A stretch of DNA of 64,000 nucleotides from an uncultured Planctomycetota bacterium (GCA_963823665.1 CAWGMQ010000010.1:2240001-2304000); one strand, 5' to 3'; counted from the first letter of the stretch, positions 33,483 through 44,336 are shown. The notes: generated from the sequence alone by a model not told the origin. Made by a program: numbers and translations.

Positions 33483-35258
33483 TCAGGCTCGCCCCCACGT
33501 CGCTGCCAGGCGATTGATCGACCAGAGGCTCAGCAACCCCGCCAGGATCGAATTGACCGCCGAGAGAACGGCTGCGCCCACGAGGGGCGGAACGACGAAG
33601 TTTCTCCAGGAATAACCGGCAGGAATCTGCCCGGACCACATGTAGCGGACGTCGGCGTAGGAAGCCAGCGATTGCCAGAACATGACGGGCCAGCCGCTGG
33701 CCCACACGAACGCGAACATCACGACGAAGGTGAAGAACGCCGCGCGGGTCGAGTTGCGGGCGAGCGTCGAGGCGAGCACCCCGATCGCCGCGGTCAGCCA
33801 GGATGACGTCACCAGAATCGCCAGCGCCGCAATGAGTCCCAGTGGATGAAACGCTCCCAGGAGCGTGCCGGAGCCCAGGAGCGCGACGAGCCCGATCCCG
33901 AGCCAGCGCGCGCTCCAGATCGACCCGAGCATCTTTCCGCGAATGACTTCCACCGGTGTCAGCAATGTGGTCGCCAGACTCGTCCACGTGTCCTGCTCGC
34001 GCTCGGAAGTGATGCTCGCGGCCCCCGCCGCGCTGATCGGCAGCATGACGAGCGCCGCGAGAATGGCGCTCGAGGTGCGCAGGGCCGAGTTGATCTCGAG
34101 CCAGGTGTGGCCTTGCCACCACTGCCTCGAGAAGCCGGCGACCGCGGGCGCGGCCACGTCGAAGAGATAGCAACCCAGAAGCACGATGAAAAAAAGCGCC
34201 ACCGGCCTGCTCCCCAGCCACTTGAGGCCGCCACCCATGCGCGTGAATCGCTCTTTCCAGAGCATTGGATCGTCGCCGCACGACGGGCGATCGGGTCGCC
34301 TGGCGAGCAGCTCGTTTCGCGTGACCGCCGCCATGGCGCGCGCGTCGACGAACCGGCGGTACCGCCCGGTGAGCCGGGTGAACCACCCTGTCTGTGGCTG
34401 GGCGCCGGGCCACGAGCTGCCCCGAAGCGGCCGCAGCCCGGCTACCGCCACGCCGAGGAAGAGCAGACCGGAGAGCGTCTGGATGACCGCCATGATCGCA
34501 AAGTGCCACTCGAAGCCGATCCGGACTTGCAGGAACGGCAGCCGGGCCGTGTAAAACCACGGGTTATTCTGATAGGTCGCGTTCACCCAGACCTTGATGG
34601 GATTGGAGAGGATCAAGAAGTCGACCAAGGGCGGAACCCAGCCGAGCGGCCCCTCCAGCTCGAGCCCCTCGAGCCAGTGTGACGCCAGCAGCCAGACCAC
34701 CCCCAGCCCGTAAGTCGCCAGGATCGCGTCACGCGGCCGCCGCGCCAGAGTCGAGGTGAGAATCGAAAACCCCGACACGAAGAGCACGACCGTCGCCGTG
34801 CCCATGTAAACATAAAAGATGTTGACCGGATTGAGCCCGCCGTAAAGCATGAGCAACGCGACAACCGGCAGCCCGAGCGCGACAAACGCAACCACATGTA
34901 CGAGCCGTGCCCCCAGCTTGCCCAGCACGATCTCGGCGCTCGAAAGCCGGCTGGCCAGCAGGTAGTGCAGCGTCTTCCGCTGGTATTCGTCGGCGATAAC
35001 TCCGGCCACGAGTGCGGGTACGAGCAGCAAGAGACAAAGCCCCTGCACGCCCGCGAAATAGATGAATGCGCTTTCCGCAAACTCCTGGATCTGCGTCAGC
35101 GTGCCCCCTGCCGGGTGGTTCAGCTCCCACAACTGAAACAACATGGTGAGCTGAGTCAGCAAGAGAAGGCCGTAGATCACTCTCAGGAAGTAATACCGCC
35201 GGCGCCGCGACGTGGTGATCAGCTCATACCGCATCACCGGCCCCAGGCTCAGCATCAT
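33483..35258 (-). CDS. ABC transporter permease-like membrane protein (paralog 1)
   Basis: Same motifs as the adjacent gene and highly similar to it. Confidence 0.85.
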   Translation of the reverse strand: MMLSLGPVMRYELITTSRRRRYYFLRVIYGLLLLTQLTMLFQLWELNHPAGGTLTQIQEFAESAFIYFAGVQGLCLLLLVPALVAGVIADEYQRKTLHYLLASRLSSAEIVLGKLGARLVHVVAFVALGLPVVALLMLYGGLNPVNIFYVYMGTATVVLFVSGFSILTSTLARRPRDAILATYGLGVVWLLASHWLEGLELEGPLGWVPPLVDFLILSNPIKVWVNATYQNNPWFYTARLPFLQVRIGFEWHFAIMAVIQTLSGLLFLGVAVAGLRPLRGSSWPGAQPQTGWFTRLTGRYRRFVDARAMAAVTRNELLARRPDRPSCGDDPMLWKERFTRMGGGLKWLGSRPVALFFIVLLGCYLFDVAAPAVAGFSRQWWQGHTWLEINSALRTSSAILAALVMLPISAAGAASITSEREQDTWTSLATTLLTPVEVIRGKMLGSIWSARWLGIGLVALLGSGTLLGAFHPLGLIAALAILVTSSWLTAAIGVLASTLARNSTRAAFFTFVVMFAFVWASGWPVMFWQSLASYADVRYMWSGQIPAGYSWRNFVVPPLVGAAVLSAVNSILAGLLSLWSINRLAATWGRA

Positions 35259-35481
35259 CCATTGCTCCACACAAACCAGGATCTTCGTCCGACTTCTGTC
35301 CGAGAGATCCATTGAATCCTAATCAGTTCCGGAATTCCACGCCAGAATCGATTCCAATTTTCGCATTGAACCGGCGAGCGCTCCGGGGCGATAATACGGT
35401 GTAGTCCCTCCGTGCATCGCCCTCCCATGAATGAGCTTCCAGAACTAATGCTTCAGGAAACGCCAAGATTCGACCGCTGCA

Positions 35482-37844
35482 GTGCGCGCTTCGCGCGGAC
35501 TGGCCCACTTGAGGCTTCGGCCCGGTTTCTTCGTGCTCGGCTTGCTGGCACTCACTCCACGACTCGCGCCTGCCCAGGAGCCGGTCGATTTCCGGCGCGA
35601 CGTCTTGCCGATCCTGTCGCAAAACTGCTTCACCTGCCACGGGCCCGATTCCAAGACGCGTAAGGCCGATTTGCGGCTCGACCTCAAGGAGGGGGCCCTC
35701 AGAACCAAAGACCCGGTGATCGTGCCGGGCAAAAGCGGCGAGAGCGAGGTCTTCCATCGCGTCTCGAGCAAGGATCCCGACGAACTGATGCCGCCGCCGA
35801 AATCGGGCAAGAAGCTCTCACCGGCTCAAATCGAAGCCCTCAAGAGATGGATCGACCAGGGCGCGCAGTGGAAGGGGCACTGGGCGTTCGAGCCGATCAC
35901 CCGGCCGAGCCCGCCGCCAGTGCGTGAGGCGGCGTGGGTCAAGAACCCTATCGACCGATTTGTGCTCGCCGAGCTGGAATCCAAAGGGCTTGCGCCCAGT
36001 CCGGAGGCGGACCTGACCACGCTTGCTCAGACGGTTGAGCCTCGACCTGGCTGGAGTGCCGCCCGCACCGGAGGAGGTCGACGCATTCCTGGCTGCGGGA
36101 CCAAGGGCCTACGGAGAACACGTCGACCGTCTGCTGGCTTCGCCGCTCTACGGCGAGCGCATGGCGATGGACTGGCTCGACGGCGCCCGCTTTGCCGATA
36201 CCAACGGCTACCAGAACGACTTTGCCCGCACGATGTGGCCCTGGCGCAACTGGGTGATCGCCGCCTACAACCGCAACCAGCCGTTCGACCAGTTCCTGAC
36301 CGAGCAGCTCGCCGGCGACCTGCTGCCCAAGCCGTCACTCGGACAGAAAATCGCCACAGGCTTCAACCGCAACAACCGCACGGTCACCGAAGCCGGCTCG
36401 ATCGAGGAAGAATGGCGCATCGAGAATGCCGTCGACCGCGTCGAGACGACGGCGACCGTATTTCTGGGACTGACGATGGGCTGCGCCCGCTGCCACGACC
36501 ACAAGTTCGATCCGGTCTCGCAGCAGGAGTTCTACCAGTTCCTGGGGTTTTTCAACAGCGTCAACGAGCAAGGTGTATATACGGAAACTCGCGGTAATGT
36601 ACCGCCGCTCGTCCAGCTTCCGACCGAGAAAGACAACAAGCGGCAAAAGGAGCTCGAAATCGCCCTGGCCGCCGCCCAGAAGCGCGGGGACAAGAAGGAA
36701 ATCGATAAGTTCGACCAAGGAGAAGGAAGCGTTCTCAAAGGCGATCACCAGCGTGATGGTGATGGAAGACACACCCAAGCCACGGCCGACCTACGTGCTC
36801 AAGCGCGGCCGCTACGACATGCCTGACACGCGCCATGCAGCTCGAGCCTGGCGTGCCCGGTTCGCTGCCGGCCTTGCCCAAGGGTGCCCGGGCCAACCGT
36901 CTCGGGCCTGGCGGCCTGGCTCTGCTCGCCGGCGAACCCGCTCACCGCGCGGGTGGCCGTCAACCGAGTCTGGCAGCACCATTTCGGCACGGGGCTGGTG
37001 AAAACGGCCGAGAATTTCGGAGTTCAGGGCGAGCCGCCATCGCACCCGGAGCTGCTCGACTGGCTCTCGAGCGAGTTGATCGACTCCGGCTGGGACTTGA
37101 AGGGACTGCACCGCCTGATCGTGACGAGCGCCACTTTTCGCCAGCGATCCCGAGCGAGCGCCGCGTTACTGGCTCGCGACCCGGAAAACCGCCTGCTGGC
37201 GCGCGGACCGCGATTTCGCCTGCCGGCCGAGGTCGTGCGCGACAATGCTCTGGCGATCTCCGGCCTGCTCGTCAAGCGTCTGGGCGGCCCGTCGGTGAAG
37301 CCTTATCAGCCGGCCGGCCTCTGGGAAGAACTGGCCGGCGGCGCGGGCGAAGCACCCTACGTACAAGACAAGGGACACGAGCTCTACCGCCGCAGCCTCT
37401 ACGTCTACCGCAAGCGAACGGTGCCGCATCCGATCATGGCGAACTTCGATGCCCCCAGCCGCGAAGTCTGCCAGGTGAAGCGGCCGCGCACCAACACGCC
37501 GCTCCAGGCGCTCGAGCTGCTCAATGACCTGACCTACGTCGAGGCCGCGCGAAAGCTCGCCGAGACGGCGATCAAGGAGGGAGGCGCAACCGAATCCCAG
37601 CGCCTGGTTTATGCCTTCCGGCGCGCGCTCAGTCGATTGCCCTCGGCCGCCGAGCTCGAGTTTCTGCTGCGCGGGCTGAGCGCGATATCAAGAGACGTTT
37701 CGACAGGATCCTGCGGCCGCGCAGCAGTTCATTCAGCTTGGCGACAGCCCCCGGGATAACCAGGTCGAACCAGTTATGCTCGCGTCATACACAGCCTCTT
37801 GCAGTGTCATCCTGAATCTGGACGAAACCATCACGCTCGAATAA
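35482..37844 (+). CDS. Planctomycete cytochrome c + DUF1549 + DUF1553 (PSD1) protein; several frameshifts
   Basis: CFTCHGPD, HWAF, NPIDRF, WLDGARFADTNGY, CARCHDHKFDP, NPLTARVAVNR, PSHPELLDWL, NTPLQAL and C-terminal LNLDETIT, spread over about five frame switches. Confidence 0.9.
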
Positions 37845-37862
37845 TGAATCGCGAGGCCGAAA

Positions 37863-39343
37863 GTGGATGAACTCAAGCCCGTCCAGCACGCAAACCGAAG
37901 GGTGTTCCTCAAAAGCTCCGGGGTCGGTCTGGGCACGATCGCCCTCGGCTCCCTGCTCGCTCGCGACGGCCACGCTCGCCCCGGCGGCCTTGCCGATGCG
38001 CCAGCTCGTGGCGAGGCCTCCGCAGCGAATGCACCGCTCGCAGGCCTGCCGCATTTCCCGGCCAAAGCCAAGCGCGTGATCTATCTTTTCCAGTCGGGCG
38101 CTCCGTCGCAGATGGACCTCTTCGACGACAAGACGGCGATCTCCAGCCGGCGCGGCATCGAGCTGCCCGACTCGGTGCGGATGGGTCAGCGCATCACCAC
38201 GATGACCTCGGGCCAGAAGAGCTTTCCGGTCGCCCCGTCGATCTTCCGGTTCGCCCGGTACGGCCAGAGCGGTGCCGTCGCTCAGCGAGCTTCTGCCGCA
38301 CACGGCCGGCATCGTCGACGACATCTGCATCATCCGCTCGATGCAGACCGAGGCGATCAACCACGACCCGGCGATCACGTTCGTGCAGACGGGCTCGCAG
38401 CTCGCCGGGCAGGCCCAGCATGGGGTCATGGGTTGCGTACGGTCTGGGCAGCGAAAACCAGGACCTGCCCGCGTTCGTCGTGCTGCTCTCGCGCGGGCGG
38501 ACCGACCAGCCGCTCTATGACCGCCTCTGGGGCAGCGGCTTCTTGCCCACGCGCTACCAGGGAGTCAAGCTGCGCGGCGGCAAGGAGCCCGTCCTCTATC
38601 TCGCGAATCCCGCCGGCTGCGCCCGGCCGACCCGGCGGCAGATGCTCGACGAGATCGCCGCGCTCGACGGTTTGCACCACGACGAGACCGGCGATCCCGA
38701 GATCGTGACCCGCGTCGCCCAGTACGAGCTGGGCTATCGCATGCAAGCCTCGGTCCCCGAGCTGACCGACCTCTCGAGCGAGCCCAGCTCGATCCTCGAC
38801 CTGTACGGCCCCGATGTGCAGAAGCCCGGCAGCTACGCGGCCAACTGTCTGCTCGCCCGCCGCCTGGCCGAGCGCGGCGTGCGTTTCATTCAGCTCTATC
38901 ACATGGGCTGGGACCAGCACGGCGACCTGCCGGCCCAGATCCGCAGCCAGTGCAAGGACACCGATATGGCCTCCGCGGGCCTGATCAAGGACCTGAAGCA
39001 GCGCGGCCTGCTGGATGACACACTGGTGATCTGGGGCGGCGAGTTCGGCCGCACGATCTATTCGCAGGGCACGCTGACAGCGACAAACTACGGCCGAGAC
39101 CATCACCCGCGCTGCTTCACGATCTGGCTGGCCGGCGGCGGCATCAAGCCGGGCATGACGCTGGGCGAGACCGACGACTTCTCATACAACATCGTCAAGG
39201 ACCCGGTCGAGGTCTTCGACTTGAACGCCACGATCCTGCACTTGCTCGGGATCGACCACACGCGGCTGATCTACAAATTCCAGGGCCGCGACTTCCGGCT
39301 CACGGACGTGCAAGGTAAGGTCGTGAAGCCCATTCTCGCCTGA
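37863..39343 (+). CDS. DUF1501 domain protein (frameshifts ~38280, ~38410)
   Basis: Tat-like [49 protein letters not shown] and GRDHHP. Confidence 0.92.
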
Positions 39344-39380
39344 ACGCAGCGAACAGCCGGACGTCCGCGGAGAGCCCATT

Positions 39381-39441
39381 GTCGCCTTTCGCTCCGCGAA
39401 AGTGCATATTCCTTCGCGGTGCGAACGGCGACTTTGGTAGT
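39381..39441. repeat. Palindromic REP-like element, copy 1
   Basis: GTCGCCTTTCGCTCCGCGAA..TTCGCGGTGCGAACGGCGAC imperfect hairpin between convergent genes; matches the reverse complement of 60607-60667. Confidence 0.8.
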
Positions 39442-39470
39442 CGGTTGCTGGTTACGCTGAGGCCTCTTGT

Positions 39471-41537
39471 TCAACGTACGCCGTTCGGCGCCGATGACCG
39501 TTCCTTCAGCTTGGCGGCAACATCCGCAGCTTCGCGCGCGCCGAGGATGAAGACAAACAACCGTTCGCCCGCGTCAATCCGGGCTTCAGGCTGCGTCGCA
39601 CCGCCCGGTTCGACGCCGGTGACTGGCCCTGTCGCTGTGTACGGAGTCACCGGCTCCGGTCGCAGCCCCATGCAGATCGCCAGGTACGAGCCTGACGGAA
39701 TCTCACAAGCTACGTGAGATTGTCGCTCGATGATCGGGGAATACCTGGCCTGGGCCAAGCGGTCGTTGATGGCGGATTCAGTTTTGTTATGATGCGCGCC
39801 TTCGGCAATGAATGAAGAATCGCGCACGTCGACCGAGACGCGGATCTTGCCCGGGAGTATCGTACCTTTGACCTGGAGCATCGTGCCCAGGAACTCACCT
39901 CCCCAGGTTTTTACTTTGACGGTCGCCCGCGAGGACGGCATTTTCCCCTTGCCGGGTTGCTCTGCGTTCGGGTCGGAGCTCGGGCTCGGTGGACCTGCGA
40001 CTGGCATTTGTCCCTCGCTCTCGAGCTTCATACTCTCCACGAATCTCTGTTTATACTTCGGGCCGTTAAAGACCTTGGCCGATGCCTCCTCGAACGCCGT
40101 GATCTTGGGAGCGTGGACGACCTTCGTTCTGGCGTCCGCTCCGGCACGCTTCAACCAATCACCGAGCGTCTTCTCGTCGATGATCCACGCGGAGCAGTCG
40201 CGTTCCTGATCGGGAAGCTCGCGCTGCTCGAGAAGGAAACCACGCAGGCTTTTTGGATTGCCGGCAAGAAACCGGACGTCGTAGACAATCATCGAATCCA
40301 GGTCGTCCCGAGCGGGCGCAGGGACCGCGATCGGACGGGATCCCGTGTCTGTCGATGAAGATGCCTTCTGCGCCGGGGCCGCGGCCGGTTTCTCCGCGGT
40401 TTGAGCCACTGACTGGCCAGGGCGATCTTGCGCCACGCCGGCAGATGCGGCGAAAAGAGCAGAGAATCCGGCGGCGGGCAGCGCCGCCAAGGGCCACAAA
40501 TCGAATCGCTTTCGAGACGGCTTCATGCCGAGCAGCTCCTGAATACGTGGAAGAAGGAAAGTGGAATGACCGCCAAGCGTGCTGGCGCCCGCTGGCGCGG
40601 GGGCCGACGAGAGACGAAGAAGGGCAACCGATTCGAGCGCACCGGCCAGCGCCAGAGGGTCGCTCGTCAACCGAACCGCGAGGGCATCGGCACAGAACTC
40701 CCGCTGGCGGCGAAGTGATCGCGACAGCCAGTGAACGGCCGGGTGAAAGAACAGGAACATCTCCACCATTCGCTGGGCGAGGTTGATGATGTGGTCGAGC
40801 CGCCGCGCGTGGGCAAGCTCATGGGCCAGAATCGCCTCCAGGCGATCGCGTCGAATGCCGGCAATGGCGCGCCCGGGCAACAGTATCGCGGGGCGGAAGA
40901 TCCCACCGAGAAACGGTTCTTGCACCCGAGCATGCACGAGAACTGGCGGCACGCGCGCGAGTCTCAGCCGGCGCGCCATCGCGCCTGCCGTTCGCTGGAT
41001 GTGTTCCGCGGCGGGCTCCGCCTGCCGAGACAAACGAAGCAGGCTGTTTGCTCCGAGCACGAAGCAGCCTCCGATCGTCATCACACAGAGCAGCCAAACG
41101 GTAACCAGAAATGATCGAACACGATTGGCGACTCTCACAAAGCTCGCGAGTTGATCGCGGAAATCGAAAAACGATTGTGACTGCACGCGCTCCAGCGGCG
41201 CGACGGACATCCGCAAATGTTCCTCTTCGGCGACCGTCGTGGCCCGCTCGCCCGACCTCGTGACGGTGATCATCTCAAATGACGCGGTACGATCTAACGG
41301 TAAGAGAACTGCGATTGCGTGTTGCAAAGCCATGGCGAGCACGGGCCCGACGATAACCAGCACCAGCCCAGAAAGCAGTATCGCATGCCGAGCCCGATGA
41401 GTGCATTTCACCGCGGCCTGCAGGAGGAGGGCGGCCAGCGACGCCGTCAACAGCCCGATCCACACGCTGTGCAACAGCGCCGGCCAGATCCAGCGCGAGC
41501 TCAGCTCTCGCCACGCTTCGAGCGCAAAGGCTTGCAT
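39471..41537 (-). CDS. M56 (BlaR1-like) metallopeptidase with C-terminal secretin-like domain, paralog 2
   Basis: LLHSVWIG, HELAH, FFHPAVHWL, REFCAD and LLPRIQELL. Confidence 0.9.
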   Translation of the reverse strand: MQAFALEAWRELSSRWIWPALLHSVWIGLLTASLAALLLQAAVKCTHRARHAILLSGLVLVIVGPVLAMALQHAIAVLLPLDRTASFEMITVTRSGERATTVAEEEHLRMSVAPLERVQSQSFFDFRDQLASFVRVANRVRSFLVTVWLLCVMTIGGCFVLGANSLLRLSRQAEPAAEHIQRTAGAMARRLRLARVPPVLVHARVQEPFLGGIFRPAILLPGRAIAGIRRDRLEAILAHELAHARRLDHIINLAQRMVEMFLFFHPAVHWLSRSLRRQREFCADALAVRLTSDPLALAGALESVALLRLSSAPAPAGASTLGGHSTFLLPRIQELLGMKPSRKRFDLWPLAALPAAGFSALFAASAGVAQDRPGQSVAQTAEKPAAAPAQKASSSTDTGSRPIAVPAPARDDLDSMIVYDVRFLAGNPKSLRGFLLEQRELPDQERDCSAWIIDEKTLGDWLKRAGADARTKVVHAPKITAFEEASAKVFNGPKYKQRFVESMKLESEGQMPVAGPPSPSSDPNAEQPGKGKMPSSRATVKVKTWGGEFLGTMLQVKGTILPGKIRVSVDVRDSSFIAEGAHHNKTESAINDRLAQARYSPIIERQSHVACEIPSGSYLAICMGLRPEPVTPYTATGPVTGVEPGGATQPEARIDAGERLFVFILGAREAADVAAKLKERSSAPNGVR

Positions 41538-41684
41538 CGAGCCGCTCCTTTCTCGGGTCTGGCCGCATGCCGGCTTTGAAAATCGTCGAGCAACGTGCGA
41601 ATCTGCTTCATAGGGACCGGGACATCTGGCTGACGTACGTGCACCGCACGGTCGTCAGCGCGGTGCTCGCTTGATCTGGAAAAA

Positions 41685-43715
41685 TCACTTCTGGGGCTTC
41701 GCACCGGAATCGCCCTCTTCAATCCTCGTCGAGATCGGCAAATACTCCCGCCCGACTCCAACGCCGGCTGCATCAGCCGCTTCGCGCGCTCCGATGAGAA
41801 AAACAACCAGGCGGTCACCCGATCCGACCTCGGAATCCGGATAGGTCGCATCCCTTGGCGGAACGCCGCTGAGCGGTCCACTCGCCGCGTGCGCCGTCAC
41901 CGTCTCCGGACGAAGCCCCATGCAGATCGCAACATACCGTCCGGTGGGCACGTCACATGCCACAGTTGATCGCCGTTCGATGATCGCAGGCACATTCCTG
42001 TCACGTGCCGGACCGTTCTTCTCCCCGCTGGCTTCAGTCGTGAGCCGCAAATCACGAACATCCACCGTCAGGCGGATTTTCCCTGACAGGATCTTTCCCG
42101 TCATGGAGACCACGGGGCCGACGGGAATCTGTTCGACGATCGGCTTCGCCGATTGGATTCTCGGTGCACCATCCGGCTCGGGTTCGAGGTCAGTCACTTT
42201 TGTCGATATTGGGCTCGGTAGATGTGCACGCTTTCGTGCCAACTGCTGGCCGCTGATCGACGCCTGTGCGCCGTCATATGTCCGGACTGTCGGCGCCTGA
42301 AGCAGGTGGAAATGGACATCCCGCTGCGCGTGTGCAAGCCAGGCGTTAAGCGTTCTGCCGTCGATCACCCATGCCGTGCACTCACCGTCCTTCTTCGCGA
42401 GGTTCGGCCGGTCGTCAAGCAATGGGCGCCATCGATGCGCGTCACCGCTCAGTATTCGAACCTCGTACTCGATCGTCTTCGCGGAATCGACCGGCTGCGA
42501 TCCATAAGCAACTTGTAACGGAAGCGGCGCCCGCGCCGCTTCAGAGTTGTCAAGCGGCGGGGCTGCGGGTGCGTCGGTTACGGCGGCCGTTGCCCTCCCG
42601 GGCTTGTCATCCGCCACGCCAGCCGACACGGCCAGGAATGCAAGCAGCCCCGTCGCGGGCAGGGCGAAGAATGGCCAGGTACGGGTTCGAGTGCAAACAG
42701 GCTTCATGCCAAGCAACTCCTGAATGCGAGGAAGGAGAGAACTGGTTTCGCCGCCGGTCGAGCTGATGCCTACCGGCGTGTAACGGCACGCACGACGAAG
42801 AACTGCGACCCTTTCGAGAGCGTCGGCAAGCGCAAACGCATCCCCGGTTAAACGAGCGGCAGCCGCATCCGCGCAGAACTCGCGCTGTCGCCGCAATGAT
42901 CGAGAGAGCCAGTGAACGGCCGGATGAAAGAACAGGAGCATCTCCGCGAATCGCTGCGCCAAGTTAACGACATGATCGAGCCGCCGGAAATGGGCAAGTT
43001 CATGGGCGAGAATCGCGTCCACCGCATCACCGCGCGCGACGGCAACGAAGCGTGCAGGCAGTACGATGACGGGCCGGAGAATCCCGCAGAGAAACGGTTC
43101 TTCGACCCGCGTGTGCACCAGCACACGAGGTACCCGGCCCAGGCGGAGGCAGCGTGCCAGGGTGCGCACTCGACGCTGGATTGGTTGCGCCGCCGGCTCG
43201 GCCTCGCGACACACTCGCCGCAGGATTCCTGCGCCGAGCGAGAAATACGCAGCGATCAATGCCACACAAAGCACCCACACCGTGAGAATGAACCGACGAC
43301 CCGCAGTCACAACCCCGACGACGCTCGCCAGGCAATCGTTGACCACCATCGATCGCGTCGGCCGCTCCGGCACAATGCCCTCGCCACCAATCGCGCCCCC
43401 GACTGCACGGTGGCTCGCAACCGCTTCGCCCAGCTTCGCGCCGACTGTGATCTCCCATGTCACGTGCTGCGCCGCAGGCGAGCCCTTGGCAATCGCTCGC
43501 TGAAGACCCGTCGCGACCACCGGGCCCACGAGGACCAGAGCAAGCGCCCCCAGCAGAACTCCATGCCGGGCTCGATGGCAAAGCCGCGCCCGGGACTGGA
43601 AGAGGAGCGCAGCCGTCGACGCAGCCAGCACACCAATCCACACGCTATGCAATAGCGCCGGCCAGATCCAGCGTGCGCTCAGCTCTCGGACCGCTTCGAG
43701 CGTGAAGGCTTGCAT
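41685..43715 (-). CDS. M56 (BlaR1-like) metallopeptidase with C-terminal secretin-like domain, paralog 1
   Basis: Same motifs (HELAH, REFCAD); its start overlaps the 3' end of the BlaI gene. Confidence 0.9.
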   Translation of the reverse strand: MQAFTLEAVRELSARWIWPALLHSVWIGVLAASTAALLFQSRARLCHRARHGVLLGALALVLVGPVVATGLQRAIAKGSPAAQHVTWEITVGAKLGEAVASHRAVGGAIGGEGIVPERPTRSMVVNDCLASVVGVVTAGRRFILTVWVLCVALIAAYFSLGAGILRRVCREAEPAAQPIQRRVRTLARCLRLGRVPRVLVHTRVEEPFLCGILRPVIVLPARFVAVARGDAVDAILAHELAHFRRLDHVVNLAQRFAEMLLFFHPAVHWLSRSLRRQREFCADAAAARLTGDAFALADALERVAVLRRACRYTPVGISSTGGETSSLLPRIQELLGMKPVCTRTRTWPFFALPATGLLAFLAVSAGVADDKPGRATAAVTDAPAAPPLDNSEAARAPLPLQVAYGSQPVDSAKTIEYEVRILSGDAHRWRPLLDDRPNLAKKDGECTAWVIDGRTLNAWLAHAQRDVHFHLLQAPTVRTYDGAQASISGQQLARKRAHLPSPISTKVTDLEPEPDGAPRIQSAKPIVEQIPVGPVVSMTGKILSGKIRLTVDVRDLRLTTEASGEKNGPARDRNVPAIIERRSTVACDVPTGRYVAICMGLRPETVTAHAASGPLSGVPPRDATYPDSEVGSGDRLVVFLIGAREAADAAGVGVGREYLPISTRIEEGDSGAKPQK

Positions 43716-44137
43716 CGGGCCGCTCCTTTCTCGGGTTTGGCCGTGCGCCGATTCTGAAAATCGTCGAGCAGCGAGCGAATCTCCGTCAGCTCGGCTCCGG
43801 AGGGATTCGACTGGTCGAGCAAGTGCGCGACCAGCAAGCTGGCCGATCCGCTGTAGACGCGCTCGAGCGTCTCGCGCAGCATCGAGCGCAGAGTATGCTC
43901 TCGCGGCGACGCGGCCGCATACAGAAAGGCACGCCCGTGCGGCTCGCGCACGACCAGCCCCTTCTCGGTCATGACGTTGAGCAAGCTCATCACCGACGTG
44001 TAAGCCCGCGGCGGTTCATCCTGCTCGTTGACGACAGCAAGCACATCACGGACCGACGCGGCGCTGCCGCGAGTCCAGAGTATCTTCAGAATCTCGAGCT
44101 CACCCGGCGTGGGATGCTCGTGACGCGGGCGCGACAT
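43679..44137 (-). CDS. BlaI/MecI/CopY family transcriptional repressor
   Basis: PTPGELEILKILW..AYTSVMSLLNVMTEKGLV.R..GRAFLY. Confidence 0.93.
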   Translation of the reverse strand: MSRPRHEHPTPGELEILKILWTRGSAASVRDVLAVVNEQDEPPRAYTSVMSLLNVMTEKGLVVREPHGRAFLYAAASPREHTLRSMLRETLERVYSGSASLLVAHLLDQSNPSGAELTEIRSLLDDFQNRRTAKPEKGAARCKPSRSKRSES

Positions 44138-44187
44138 GGATGCGGACCTCCGTGCATGGGACCACTCGTTTCCAACCAACGAGTCGG

Positions 44188-44215
44188 ATCATACGGGTTT
44201 TGCCGTAGTTGTCAA
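44188..44215 (-). promoter_or_regulatory. Sigma70 promoter of the blaI-like operon with overlapping palindromic operator
   Basis: TTGACA-N16-TATGAT on the minus strand; TACGG-N6-CCGTA palindrome at 44192-44207. Confidence 0.7.
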
Positions 44216-44336
44216 CGGTGAAACCAGTAGATTAGGTCCCTTGTCTTCTGGCCGATGCAAGGCTACGATCGCAGATACAGTCAATGACATTTGTCGTTGA
44301 CAACATGCCGCCCAGTGCGATCATCGGAGCTCCAGC

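Noticed and set aside
35482..39343. Pseudogenisation or programmed frameshifting of PSD1/DUF1501
   Set aside because: All motifs are intact, there are no slippery heptamers at the shifts I examined, and the same error type occurs in metG.
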